A stretch of 47,038 bases of DNA from Actinomycetota bacterium (GTDB lineage Bacteria > Actinomycetota > Actinomycetes > S36-B12): positions 1-47,038 of the forward strand of contig WLOE01000002.1 of assembly GCA_009699465.1 (NCBI GenBank). Direction: 5' to 3'. Below are positions 1 to 9,019 of this stretch, in pieces. The position numbers and the translations under genes were made by a program. The notes beneath the pieces are model-generated. The model was not told the origin of the DNA and did not search any database. It saw only the letters and a program-made list of their open reading frames with translations. The stretch's first letter is position 1, and each line of letters opens with the position of its first letter.

Positions 1-179
1 CTCGCGCCGCTGGCATAGTCATGGCCATCAACTCGCTCACCTGGGATCGCTACGAAAAGACTTCCAACTAACACCTCGCGCGAATCAACTACGACACTTG
101 TAATCAATTCAGCGCCATCTGTGCCGTGTAACGAACCGCCCAGAACTTCGCTTACTCGAGCGACTGTGAGGGCAATCAT
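1..179 (-). CDS. murF: MurF (UDP-MurNAc-tripeptide--D-Ala-D-Ala ligase), N-terminal fragment that runs off the window
   Basis: My reverse-complement translation from ATG 179..177 gives MIALTVARVSEVLGGSLHGTDGAELITSVVVDSREVLVGSLFVAIPGERVDGHDYASGA. The DSR...G.LFVA..GE..DGH pattern is typical of the MurF N-terminus. The start overlaps the murE stop (ATGA), and the position after murE fits dcw cluster order. Confidence 0.6.
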   Translation of the reverse strand, partial: MIALTVARVSEVLGGSLHGTDGAELITSVVVDSREVLVGSLFVAIPGERVDGHDYASGA

Positions 180-1705
180 TGCAGCCCACCATTCTTGAGT
201 TCGAGTGCACGATTGAGTACTAATCGGTCGTCAAATGGTGTCACTACGCCATTAATCTCTTGACCCTGCTCATGCCCTTTGCCGAGCACCAAAATTACGT
301 CGCCCGCATGCGCGAGTTCTACCGCGCGCCTGATGGCCGCGGCTCGATCTGCGATTTCTAGGAGTCCACAACCGTTCGTTGACGACACGGTGCGGGCCCC
401 TTCCAACACTGATGCCCGAATCAATGCGGGATCTTCCGAACGAGGATTGTCGTCGGTCACAATGAACTGATCGGCTAGGCGTGCCGCGCTTTGTCCCATG
501 AGTGGACGCTTCGTGGCATCACGATCGCCACCTGCCCCAAGCACGACAATGACGTCACCCTGCGTTGCCTCACGAACTGCCGAAATAGCCCGCTCAACTG
601 CATCAGGGGTGTGTGCGTAGTCAACAATTCCGCGAATCATGCTTGAGCCGCTACTCGCAGCTACTTGCTCAAGTCGTCCAGCAACTTGAACGTGTGCAAG
701 GGCATTCGCAATCACGTCTGCCGGAACTTCACACAGCCGTACCATCACAAAAGCCAATAGCGCATTTGCGCGATTGAAATCACCTGGAAGTAACAGCGTG
801 AATGTATTTGACTGATCTTGCGGACCAGTGATTTCTATTTCACCAGCAAAGTTCAGGCTCGCCTTCCAATCTGCCGCCTTGCCCGTGATGGAAATTGTGG
901 TGACAGGAACCGTCGCGATCGCTGCTAGCCGCTCTCCCCAAACATCATCAATGCAGATAACTGCCTGTGAAGCGTATTGGGGAGTAAAAAGCAATGCTTT
1001 TGCCTGGAAGTACTCCTCCATCGAGTGGTGGTAATCAAGATGGTCCTGAGAAAGGTTCGTGAATCCAACTACCGAATAGTGCAAGCCGCCAACGCGATCT
1101 TCGCTAAGCGCATGGCTAGACACTTCCATGACAACATCAGTCACCGACAGTTCACCCATCTGTGCAAACAGGGCGTGCAGAGTGGTCGCCTCCGGTGTCG
1201 TGCGCTTACTTGGCGTTTCGATTGCCCCAATGCGAATTCCAGTAGTCCCAATAAATCCAGTTGAGCGACCAGCAGCAAGTAATGCGGCTTCAATCATCGT
1301 GGCTGTGGTGGTTTTCCCATTTGTGCCTGTCACACCCAAGATATTGATGCGTTCAGATGCTCGGTCATACAGTAAATTTGCGATTGCACCGAGAAATTTA
1401 CGTGCATCCTGAATAACTACCACCGGAAAACCCTGCGAGGATTCAGACAATCTAAGCCAACCAGTTGGATCCGTGAGAATAGCAACAGCACCACGCGCGA
1501 TGGCCTCATCAAAAAATTCCACTCCATGGCGTTGATGCCCTTCAATGGCAACAAAGAGGTCACCTGGATCAATCACCCGCGAGTCCAACTCAATGCCAGT
1601 GATATTCGTGGCAGCGTCGCCATAAATCTTAAGTTGCGGTATCCCCAACTCAAGAAATGAGGCAAGGGTGACGGATGTGCGCTGATCGTTCGCGTGGTCA
1701 GCCAT
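176..1705 (-). CDS. murE: MurE, UDP-MurNAc-L-Ala-D-Glu--2,6-diaminopimelate ligase
   Basis: 509 aa with the Mur ligase P-loop GVTGTNGKTTT. The DDNPRSEDP (DNPR) motif is characteristic of meso-DAP-adding MurE. dcw cluster context. Confidence 0.92.
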   Translation of the reverse strand: MADHANDQRTSVTLASFLELGIPQLKIYGDAATNITGIELDSRVIDPGDLFVAIEGHQRHGVEFFDEAIARGAVAILTDPTGWLRLSESSQGFPVVVIQDARKFLGAIANLLYDRASERINILGVTGTNGKTTTATMIEAALLAAGRSTGFIGTTGIRIGAIETPSKRTTPEATTLHALFAQMGELSVTDVVMEVSSHALSEDRVGGLHYSVVGFTNLSQDHLDYHHSMEEYFQAKALLFTPQYASQAVICIDDVWGERLAAIATVPVTTISITGKAADWKASLNFAGEIEITGPQDQSNTFTLLLPGDFNRANALLAFVMVRLCEVPADVIANALAHVQVAGRLEQVAASSGSSMIRGIVDYAHTPDAVERAISAVREATQGDVIVVLGAGGDRDATKRPLMGQSAARLADQFIVTDDNPRSEDPALIRASVLEGARTVSSTNGCGLLEIADRAAAIRRAVELAHAGDVILVLGKGHEQGQEINGVVTPFDDRLVLNRALELKNGGLQ

Positions 1706-1709
1706 TGAA

Positions 1710-3500
1710 CTATCCTGCTGTCAGCAGAAGTCTTGGAGCAGTCTTGCCCGTTGGCGGAATGCTTCGCGCTTGCAGTGCGTAAGTCATGACCCGCTTGAAT
1801 ACTGGCGCACCAAGCTCTCCACCGTAACGACCATTGCGCTTTGGATTCACCAGACTGACGGCAACGACAAGCTGTGGGTTATCTGCCGGTGCCATACCAA
1901 TGAAAGAAGCCACAACACCGCCGTTGTAACACCCACATACCGGGTCAACGTATTGCGCAGTTCCTGTTTTACCACCAACGCGATATCCAGGAATTGCAGC
2001 CTGTGGTGCGGTTCCGCCTTTGCCTACAACCGATTCCAGCATTGCACGAACTGTTTTCGCAGTTGAAGCCTTAACAACCTTCACTGTTTTTGGCGCTGGC
2101 GCGGGTGTCACTGTTCCGTCAGGTGCGATTATTGATTTCATTAACGTTGGTTGGACGCGCACGCCATCATTTGCGATGGTCGAGAACACGCTTGCCGCCT
2201 GCACGGAGTTCACACTCAACCCTTGACCAAAAGCAACCGTTGGAAAAGTAGTTGGTGACCAGTCTTGTAGATCAGGAATCCGCCCACGGCTTTCGCCAGG
2301 GAATTTTAAACCTGTTGGTTCAGCAATGCCAAAGGCTTTGATGTAGTCATACAACTTTGTCTTGCCGATGCGCTCAGCAGCAAGAATTGTTCCCATATTG
2401 CTCGACTTGGCCATGATGCCGGCCAATGTGAGATGCAAGGTGCCGTGGGGATCATGGTCGTGGAAAACCTTACCGCCACGCTTTAAACCGCTTGGAATGG
2501 TGAATGCGCTGCCTGCATTTGCAGCACCTTGATCTACTACTGCTGCAAGAGTCATGACTTTGCTGGTGGAACCAGGCTCATAAATTTCAGAAAGTGCTCG
2601 GTTGCCTCGAACAGCATCATCAAAGGAAGCAGCAGAATTTGAGTCAAAGGTCGGCGCTGTTGCCATAGCCAAGATGTATCCACTACGCGGATCCATCACA
2701 ATCACTGTTCCGCTGTCAGAACTCGTTGCTACAACCTGTCGCGCGATTTGACGTTGCGCTACGAGTTGTATGTCACGATCGATCGTGAGCTGAACATTTG
2801 AGCCTTGAACTGCATGGTTACTTGTGATGTCACTCGTGGTGATGATGCGATTACCCGCGCCACGTTCATAGGTTTGCGTTCCGGATTTTCCTGCGAGCAA
2901 ACCTTGCATCGCATACTCGATGCCACCCAAGCCCTTGCCATCAGCACCCACAAAACCGATGACATTTGCGGCAAGGTCGCCGCCTGGATATAGACGACGC
3001 TGAGTTTGCTCGCTGAATATTCCAGGAAGGCGCAGGGCTTCGATCTCGCGCCAAGTCGCCGGTGATAGGCCTTTTGCGATGTACATATAGCGACGAGTAC
3101 CCGTTAAACGATTTGCGAGCACTGCTGCATCTACTCCCAGAATAGGAGCGAGCGCTGTTCCTACTGCTGCGGGATCTGAAATGAGAGTCTGATCGGCCGT
3201 TACATCTCGGGCTTCAACGGTGGTGGCTAATGGCTCACCCTTGGTATCAAGAATATTGCCGCGAATTGCTGGGATGGATTTGGTCTTAATCCGCTGCTCG
3301 AGAGCTGCTGCTGCAAGGTCTGGCCCCTTAACAACCTGTAAATCCACAAGGCGTACAGCAAAGAGGGAAAACGCAATAGCCGTAATGATGAGCAGGACTG
3401 ATCCACGCCTGCCCCGACCACTAATTCCCACTTGATGACGGTAGTTGTTCGAGCCCCCAGAATTGCGCTGCTGACGCGGTGGCGCGGTCATCTGCTTCAT
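1710..3500 (-). CDS. ftsI: FtsI/PbpB class B penicillin-binding protein (septal transpeptidase)
   Basis: 596 aa with an N-terminal TM anchor. The transpeptidase triad is present: STSK (EPGSTSKVMT), SSN (KSSNMG) and KTGT (GGKTGTAQ). Lies between ftsL and murE. Confidence 0.92.
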   Translation of the reverse strand: MKQMTAPPRQQRNSGGSNNYRHQVGISGRGRRGSVLLIITAIAFSLFAVRLVDLQVVKGPDLAAAALEQRIKTKSIPAIRGNILDTKGEPLATTVEARDVTADQTLISDPAAVGTALAPILGVDAAVLANRLTGTRRYMYIAKGLSPATWREIEALRLPGIFSEQTQRRLYPGGDLAANVIGFVGADGKGLGGIEYAMQGLLAGKSGTQTYERGAGNRIITTSDITSNHAVQGSNVQLTIDRDIQLVAQRQIARQVVATSSDSGTVIVMDPRSGYILAMATAPTFDSNSAASFDDAVRGNRALSEIYEPGSTSKVMTLAAVVDQGAANAGSAFTIPSGLKRGGKVFHDHDPHGTLHLTLAGIMAKSSNMGTILAAERIGKTKLYDYIKAFGIAEPTGLKFPGESRGRIPDLQDWSPTTFPTVAFGQGLSVNSVQAASVFSTIANDGVRVQPTLMKSIIAPDGTVTPAPAPKTVKVVKASTAKTVRAMLESVVGKGGTAPQAAIPGYRVGGKTGTAQYVDPVCGCYNGGVVASFIGMAPADNPQLVVAVSLVNPKRNGRYGGELGAPVFKRVMTYALQARSIPPTGKTAPRLLLTAG

Positions 3501-3505
3501 GAGAT

Positions 3506-4198
3506 TTACCGCACCGGAACAGCAACGAGACCTGCATCACCTGAGCCGATGTTTCCGACCTGGACCGGAACTTCCTGCCAAAGGGAATCTTCGCTCTTCT
3601 TGGTTGCCTTGGCCTTGGCGTCAGCGGCCGCTGGGTCGTAATTTGGCCCAGGTACTGGACGTTCGCCAAGAGCATTTCCACCAGTAATTTCTGCGGCGGT
3701 GCCATTTGCGGCCATGTTGACTGGAACCCCATCACCAATCGCTGGACGCGGTTTCCCGAGCACCTTGCCATCAGGAACACTTAAGAACACTGGGTTCTTG
3801 CTCGGCACCATTCCAAGTGCATGTGCCTTGTTTGCAAGTGATTCTGGGGCTGCCGCTGACGCAACCTGCTCGCTTAGCACTGCTTCTTGCTCAGTGAGTG
3901 TGCTCAGTTGGCCCTTAAGTTCGCTGAGCGCAAATGAACCTTGAGCGAGCTGTGTGTTGATCAACAACATTGCCCCAAGTCCAACGATGAGCAGCGCGCC
4001 CATCACCATTGCGAAAGTGCCACGACTTGCCTTAACGGGACGAAGAGGCGAAACAAGCTTGAGATGTGGCCGATCTTCATTGCGGGTCGCGGCACCACGA
4101 GTTGCGTATTCAGTGACTTCAGCAGCGAGTGCAGTTGCACCAGCAACCGCTCCATGAAATGCGCGGCCGGCTACCTCAAGAGGTGTATGACGACTCAT
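3506..4198 (-). CDS. ftsL: FtsL-like septation protein (single TM plus coiled coil, Pro/Ala-rich tail)
   Basis: 230 aa. One TM helix ([19 protein letters not shown]) is followed by a heptad-like segment ([22 protein letters not shown]). ATGA overlap with the rsmH stop. Position between rsmH and ftsI. Confidence 0.7.
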   Translation of the reverse strand: MSRHTPLEVAGRAFHGAVAGATALAAEVTEYATRGAATRNEDRPHLKLVSPLRPVKASRGTFAMVMGALLIVGLGAMLLINTQLAQGSFALSELKGQLSTLTEQEAVLSEQVASAAAPESLANKAHALGMVPSKNPVFLSVPDGKVLGKPRPAIGDGVPVNMAANGTAAEITGGNALGERPVPGPNYDPAAADAKAKATKKSEDSLWQEVPVQVGNIGSGDAGLVAVPVR

Positions 4199-5136
4199 GC
4201 CGCCACCCGCTCAATTGCGCGAACGCGCACAGATGCTGAACGTGGATTCTCTTCAAGTTCTTGTTCAGATGGAGTTTCTGCACCACGCGTGAGAAGACGA
4301 AGTTTTGGTTGGTGGTCTGCAGGAATGACTGGCATTCCATGCGGCACCTTCGCCGTGGTCTGGTCGACAAAAACCTGCTTCACAAAGCGATCCTCAAGCG
4401 ACTGGTACGACATCACTACTAAGCGACCGTTGACAGCTAATGCTTCGATCGCGGCAGGAATCGCTGCGCGTAATGCATCAAGTTCACCATTGACCTCGAT
4501 GCGAAGTGCCTGGAATGTGCGCTTTGCTGGATTGCCACCTGTGCGACGAGTTGCCGCTGGAATGGCTTCGCGCACCAAATCAACGAGACGAGTTGAGTTT
4601 GTAAACGGAACATCTTCACGAGCTGCAACAATGCGACGCGCAATGCGCATCGCGAACTTCTCATCACCATATTCCCGCAAAATATCTGCAAGTTGACCTG
4701 CGCTATAAGTGTTGACCACATCAGCGGCCGTGATCCCCCGCGATTGATCCATCCGCATATCAAGCGGTGCGTCTTGTGAGTACGAGAAACCACGATCGCG
4801 CTCATCGAGTTGCATTGACGAAACACCAAGATCAAACAGCAAGCCTTGAACTGCACTTAAACCAAGACCAGCAAGCACTTCCGGGAGTTCGTCATATACC
4901 GCATGAACGAAAGTCACGCGATCACCAAATGGCGCAAGACGCTCGCGTGACTTTTCAAGTGCGTCGGTATCGCGGTCAAGGCCGACGAGACGAAGTTGTG
5001 GATATTCAGTAAGTGCAAACTCTGCGTGGCCACCAAGTCCAAGGGTCGCGTCAACCAAAATCGCGTCTGGTGCGCTAATGGCTGGTGCAAGAAGAGTGAA
5101 CACACGCTCGCGCATCACTGGGACATGGATGCTCAT
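4195..5136 (-). CDS. rsmH: RsmH, 16S rRNA (cytosine1402-N4)-methyltransferase
   Basis: HVPVM...[13 protein letters not shown]...[10 protein letters not shown]...SLEDR motifs. I chose ATG 5136 ([12 protein letters not shown]) as the start. The ORF track extends in frame to 5340, but that extension is Cys-rich and low complexity. Confidence 0.85.
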   Translation of the reverse strand: MSIHVPVMRERVFTLLAPAISAPDAILVDATLGLGGHAEFALTEYPQLRLVGLDRDTDALEKSRERLAPFGDRVTFVHAVYDELPEVLAGLGLSAVQGLLFDLGVSSMQLDERDRGFSYSQDAPLDMRMDQSRGITAADVVNTYSAGQLADILREYGDEKFAMRIARRIVAAREDVPFTNSTRLVDLVREAIPAATRRTGGNPAKRTFQALRIEVNGELDALRAAIPAAIEALAVNGRLVVMSYQSLEDRFVKQVFVDQTTAKVPHGMPVIPADHQPKLRLLTRGAETPSEQELEENPRSASVRVRAIERVAA

Positions 5137-5435
5137 GCACCAAGTCCGCTCACGAGTGCGGAAATTGCCGTTAAAGTCAGCGCTGTCAAACTGCTTGCAA
5201 CAATGAGTAACCCAAAGGCACGAGCACCATGCCGAACAGCGTTGCCCTGCGCAACGTTGTTGATGGTGTTCGACGGGGTCGTCATGACTTGCCTTTCGCG
5301 GTGTGATCGGTGTGGGTGACTGCGGTGGTGCGGTATTCACGTGGTCAGGTCCCCGCCCGCCCCTTGGTTACTTGCCTGGCTCAGGGGAAGTGAGTCAGGA
5401 ATGCAAGAACTGCGGGAGGAGGCCTGGCCTCGTGA

Positions 5436-5867
5436 TTACAAAATTCCGGGGACGACCTCCTCGCTGATGTCGGAGTAGGCGTCTTCCTGGTTTGCCAGGT
5501 AGCTCTCCCATGCGGAGGCATCCCAAATTTCTACGGTGGTGCCGTTACCCACCACGATCACATCGCGATCTAGACCGGCGTATTCGCGCAAAGGCATAGG
5601 AAGCGTGACTCGACCCTGCTTATCTGGCACTTCGTCGAATGCGCCAGAGAACAGCACGCGCAGGTACGCGCGAACCTTCGCATCAGAGCGTGAAGCTTCA
5701 TTGAGGCGCTCAGCATGAGCAGCGAACTCTGCAGCTGGCCACACCACGATTGAGCGGTCTTGGCCCTTTGCCATCACGAGCCCCGCGGCAAAACCCTCAC
5801 GGAATTTGGCGGGAAGCACGATGCGGCCCTTGTCATCAAGGCGCGGAGCATGGGTACCAAGAAACAT
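5436..5867 (-). CDS. mraZ: MraZ transcriptional regulator
   Basis: 143 aa. MFLGTHAPRLDDKGRIVLPAKFR plus a second DxxGR repeat (DKQGRVTLP). GGGGAGGTGG Shine-Dalgarno sequence upstream. First gene of the dcw cluster. Confidence 0.95.
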   Translation of the reverse strand: MFLGTHAPRLDDKGRIVLPAKFREGFAAGLVMAKGQDRSIVVWPAAEFAAHAERLNEASRSDAKVRAYLRVLFSGAFDEVPDKQGRVTLPMPLREYAGLDRDVIVVGNGTTVEIWDASAWESYLANQEDAYSDISEEVVPGIL

Positions 5868-5945
5868 TGCCCCACCTCCCCTGATTGAGATGAATCACTT
5901 CCGACCCATCAGCCCCACTGGACTCATCCTTAACTCCAGCAAGCG

Positions 5946-5975
5946 CCACTGTACTCCACTTTCCTCCACCGTCAA
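5946..5975 (-). promoter_or_regulatory. Putative dcw (Pmra) promoter overlapped by three GTGG boxes with 10-nt phasing (candidate MraZ operator)
   Basis: The minus strand reads TTGACG-N16-TACAGT (5975..5948). The spacer and -10 contain GTGGAGgaaaGTGGAGtacaGTGGCG, with GTGG beginning at 5969, 5959 and 5949. E. coli MraZ binds three GTGGG repeats at 10-nt phasing. Confidence 0.5.
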
Positions 5976-6067
5976 CCATCTCGGCCACAAAATCTGGGAA
6001 ATTGACCCACTTTTTTTATGAGGGAACTCCTCTAGAGTGCAAATACCAATTCAAGGGAGCCTCAACG

Positions 6068-7300
6068 TTGAAGAAATTCCTGCTCGTGCTTGGTGCAATT
6101 GCACTCAGCGCAGCTCTGCTCGCCATTGCCCTGATTGCGTCCAATGACCAATCGGCGAATCAACGTCAGGTGGCTTTTGGCCCGTTTTATGCGACTCCCG
6201 CTGAAATTCCTGCCCAGCCAGGCACCCTCATCCGCTCTGAACCGCTAGGCGTGAGCGTTCCCGGAGCCACCAGTTACCGAGTGCTGTACTCCTCACAGCG
6301 ACCTGACGGTTCCATGGCAGTTTCCAGCGGCATGGTCTTTGTGCCCACTGCCCCTGCTCCACCCGGAGGTCGGCCAGTAGTGGCCTGGGCGCATGGAACG
6401 GTGGGCCAAGGCGATGCCTGTGCACCTTCGCGTTCAGAAAATCCCCTAGGTGACACTGCAAACTGGCTTGATCAAATGATGCAACTGGGATGGGTCGTCA
6501 CTGCGACGGACTACACCGGACTTGGCACCCAAGGACCGAACCTGTATTTGGTTGCGCAAGCTGAAGTCAGCGATGTGGTGAACGCAGTGCGCGCGGCTCG
6601 ACAAATTCCGAACATCAATGCAAGTAATCGATATGTGGTCTGGGGTCATTCCCAAGGCGGTCACAGCTCGTTGTGGTCTGGACATCTTGCACCAACACTT
6701 GCCCCAGAGCTCAATCTCCTTGGTGTTGCCGCTGCTGCTCCTGCAGCGAATTTGAACTTGATCATGGGTGCGCAATGGGATGGCGTCATCGGTTGGGGCA
6801 TCGGACCAGAAGTTGCACTTTCTTGGCCTATCATCAAACCCACACTGCCTATCAATGGCGTGGTAACGCAACAAGGTATTGATAACGAAGATTCAATTGC
6901 GCAGCAATGCACATCAAGTAATTCATTGTTGTTGAATCTAGCTGTGCGTAAAGCATTCGGGCAAAACTTCTTTACGGAAAACCCAAGCAATAACCCGCAA
7001 TGGAAATCACTTGGTTTACAACAGACTCCAAGCCCGCTGCCCGCATCTATGCCTGTGTTTGTTGGACAAAGCACTGCCGATCAGGTTGTTCTTGCTTGGC
7101 CAAATGCCGTATTACAAAACCAATGGTGCGCAGCTGGTTCAACGATTAGCACACTATGGGTTGGTGAAGTGAGTCATCAATTAACTGCGGAAACTATTGG
7201 CCCAGATGTGGTGCGTTGGATTAATGATCGATTTGCTGGACGACCTGCATTGCGTACGTGCAATCTTGCACCGCCGGTGAGTGCACCAGCAGGAAGTTAA
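6068..7300 (+). CDS. Secreted or anchored alpha/beta-hydrolase, LIP-family (secretory lipase-like) serine hydrolase
   Basis: Nucleophile elbow GHSQGG. N-terminal hydrophobic signal/anchor LKKFLLVLGAIALSAALLAIALIAS. I prefer TTG 6068, which lies 8 nt after AAGGGAG (6053..6059). The ORF track start is 6002. Confidence 0.6.
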   Translation: MKKFLLVLGAIALSAALLAIALIASNDQSANQRQVAFGPFYATPAEIPAQPGTLIRSEPLGVSVPGATSYRVLYSSQRPDGSMAVSSGMVFVPTAPAPPGGRPVVAWAHGTVGQGDACAPSRSENPLGDTANWLDQMMQLGWVVTATDYTGLGTQGPNLYLVAQAEVSDVVNAVRAARQIPNINASNRYVVWGHSQGGHSSLWSGHLAPTLAPELNLLGVAAAAPAANLNLIMGAQWDGVIGWGIGPEVALSWPIIKPTLPINGVVTQQGIDNEDSIAQQCTSSNSLLLNLAVRKAFGQNFFTENPSNNPQWKSLGLQQTPSPLPASMPVFVGQSTADQVVLAWPNAVLQNQWCAAGSTISTLWVGEVSHQLTAETIGPDVVRWINDRFAGRPALRTCNLAPPVSAPAGS

Positions 7301-7303
7301 GGA

Positions 7304-7681
7304 CTACTCGTCACCTTGCCGACGACGCCAGCGATCTTCAACGCGATCCATAAACGATGTTTTTGATGCAGTGGCCTTTGGCGCTGCTGTTTCAGTTTGG
7401 TCAACAGCAACCGCTGGAGATTTAAAGGCTGCGTACGTCAAAAACGCACCAACCAGCATCACTGCGAAACCTGCGATACCCACAGGAGTTGACTGCATCG
7501 CCATACCGGTGACCAAGACAGCAATACCCGTAAACACGACGAGCACACCAAGCGCTGCTTTTCCCCGGGAGCCGCGAGCCATCGAGGTTGAGCGCAAACT
7601 GGTAGCAAACTTTGGGTCCTCGGCGTAGAGCGCGCGCTCCATCTGCTCGAGTAGCCGTTGCTCATGATCTGACAGTGCCAT
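7304..7681 (-). CDS. DUF3040-family small membrane protein
   Basis: MALSDHEQRLLEQMERALYAEDPKF N-terminus followed by two TM helices. This family is a conserved neighbour of the dcw cluster in actinobacteria. Start re-picked at ATG 7681. Confidence 0.7.
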   Translation of the reverse strand: MALSDHEQRLLEQMERALYAEDPKFATSLRSTSMARGSRGKAALGVLVVFTGIAVLVTGMAMQSTPVGIAGFAVMLVGAFLTYAAFKSPAVAVDQTETAAPKATASKTSFMDRVEDRWRRRQGDE

Positions 7682-7765
7682 GTGTACGACCCCCTTCTTT
7701 TCGCTGGTGACCCCAAGTTTATGCACAAGCTGAGCAAATCGAAACCTCAACTGCCCAGAGACTGG

Positions 7766-9004
7766 TCATTGCTCTTCCGGAGCCACCAAACGGGCCGATT
7801 TCACTGCCTCATTGCCGAACTTGGCCCGAAGCTGGTCGATGGCCACTTCCGCATCACGTCGCCCATGATCGGGCTCCCCCAACAGCATTTGCTGAGCCGC
7901 GCCCTGGGCTTCTCGCAAGCCATCAACTTTGACCCCTACCAGGCGCACCCGTGCCCGCTGCAGACCCAAGGCATCAAAGAGCTGCTTGGCCGTTTCGTAG
8001 ATCTCTTGGGTGACGTCAGTTGCCTGATGCAAGGTTTTGGATCGAGTGATCGTGCTGAAGTCAGCAAAGCGCACCTTGATATGGACACTGCGCGCTACCC
8101 GATCCGACTTTCGCAACCGACTGCCCACTTGGTCGCTCAAGTGCATGAAGTGGGCATGCAGGGTTGGTACATCATCAATATCGTCCGCAAAGGTTTCTTC
8201 GGCACTCATGCTCTTATCGGCAACATGTGGGGTCACTGACCGTTGATCGCGACCCCAAGACAAGTCATGCAGGTGTGCACCAGAGGCTGCGCCTAACGCT
8301 CGTTGCAAGGTAGCTAGAGGCGTATGCGCAATATCAGCAACAGTGGTCAGGCCCAAGCGCGTGAGCTGCTCTTCGGTCTTCTCTCCCACTCCCCACAAGG
8401 AATTCACGGGAAGTGGGTGCAAGAAGGCCAACACTTCATCAGCAGGCACCACCATTAATCCGTCAGGCTTTGCGCGTGTTGATGCCAGCTTGGCAATGAA
8501 CTTGGTTGAAGCCACACCAACAGAACAGGTAATGCCTTGTTCATCATGCACGCGTGCACGAATCATTTCGCCGATCTCACGCGGCGTTCCCAGTCGGCGC
8601 AAACTCCCGCTGACATCAAGGAAGGCTTCATCAACGCTGAGTTGCTCAACTGCCGGAGTAACTGAAGCAAAAAGTGACATCACTGAACGACTGACTTCGG
8701 AATATTTATGCATGGACGGCGCGATGATGATTGCCGTTGGCGCTAAGCGCCGCGCACGACTCATCGGCATCGCAGAATGCACGCCCATTGCGCGTGCTTC
8801 ATACGTTGCCGAAAGCACGACTCCCCGCGAACCACTTGCTCCAATGATCACTGGCTTGCCGTGGAGTTCTGGGCGGGTTCGTAATTCGACAAGGGCAAAA
8901 AATGCATCCATGTCGACATGCAAAATGGTGCAACCAGCATCGCTCTGGCCCACTCCGGATCCACCGGCGGGACGACGTACCTGATTACGACTCACACTGA
9001 CCAT
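7766..9004 (-). CDS. dinB: DNA polymerase IV (Y-family), DinB
   Basis: ILHVDMDAFFALVE and SVDEAFLDVSG catalytic motifs, with little-finger region length as expected. AGGAGAAGG Shine-Dalgarno sequence. Starts 15 nt after the dnaE2 stop. Confidence 0.9.
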   Translation of the reverse strand: MVSVSRNQVRRPAGGSGVGQSDAGCTILHVDMDAFFALVELRTRPELHGKPVIIGASGSRGVVLSATYEARAMGVHSAMPMSRARRLAPTAIIIAPSMHKYSEVSRSVMSLFASVTPAVEQLSVDEAFLDVSGSLRRLGTPREIGEMIRARVHDEQGITCSVGVASTKFIAKLASTRAKPDGLMVVPADEVLAFLHPLPVNSLWGVGEKTEEQLTRLGLTTVADIAHTPLATLQRALGAASGAHLHDLSWGRDQRSVTPHVADKSMSAEETFADDIDDVPTLHAHFMHLSDQVGSRLRKSDRVARSVHIKVRFADFSTITRSKTLHQATDVTQEIYETAKQLFDALGLQRARVRLVGVKVDGLREAQGAAQQMLLGEPDHGRRDAEVAIDQLRAKFGNEAVKSARLVAPEEQ

Positions 9005-9019
9005 TGTTGCGCCTTCTCC

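Noticed and set aside
3941-4696. A long (251 aa) plus-strand ORF antisense to ftsL and rsmH. Similar long antisense ORFs occur at 8343..8984, 12227..12805, 15551..16054, 16241..16822, 18430..19098, 27822..28304, 28317..28805 and 34961..35692.
   Set aside because: Each lies fully inside a gene with strong family motifs on the other strand. Their translations are Ser/Arg/Ala/Cys-rich, low-complexity and lack recognisable motifs or a Shine-Dalgarno sequence. They are typical shadow ORFs of moderately GC-rich coding DNA.
5137-5340. A 68-aa N-terminal extension of RsmH, as given in the ORF track (start 5340).
   Set aside because: The extension (…[26 protein letters not shown]…) is Cys-rich and unlike a folded or conserved domain. 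The RsmH homology begins at MSIHVPVM. I kept it as a possibility in a finding, because some actinobacterial RsmH annotations do carry N-terminal extensions.
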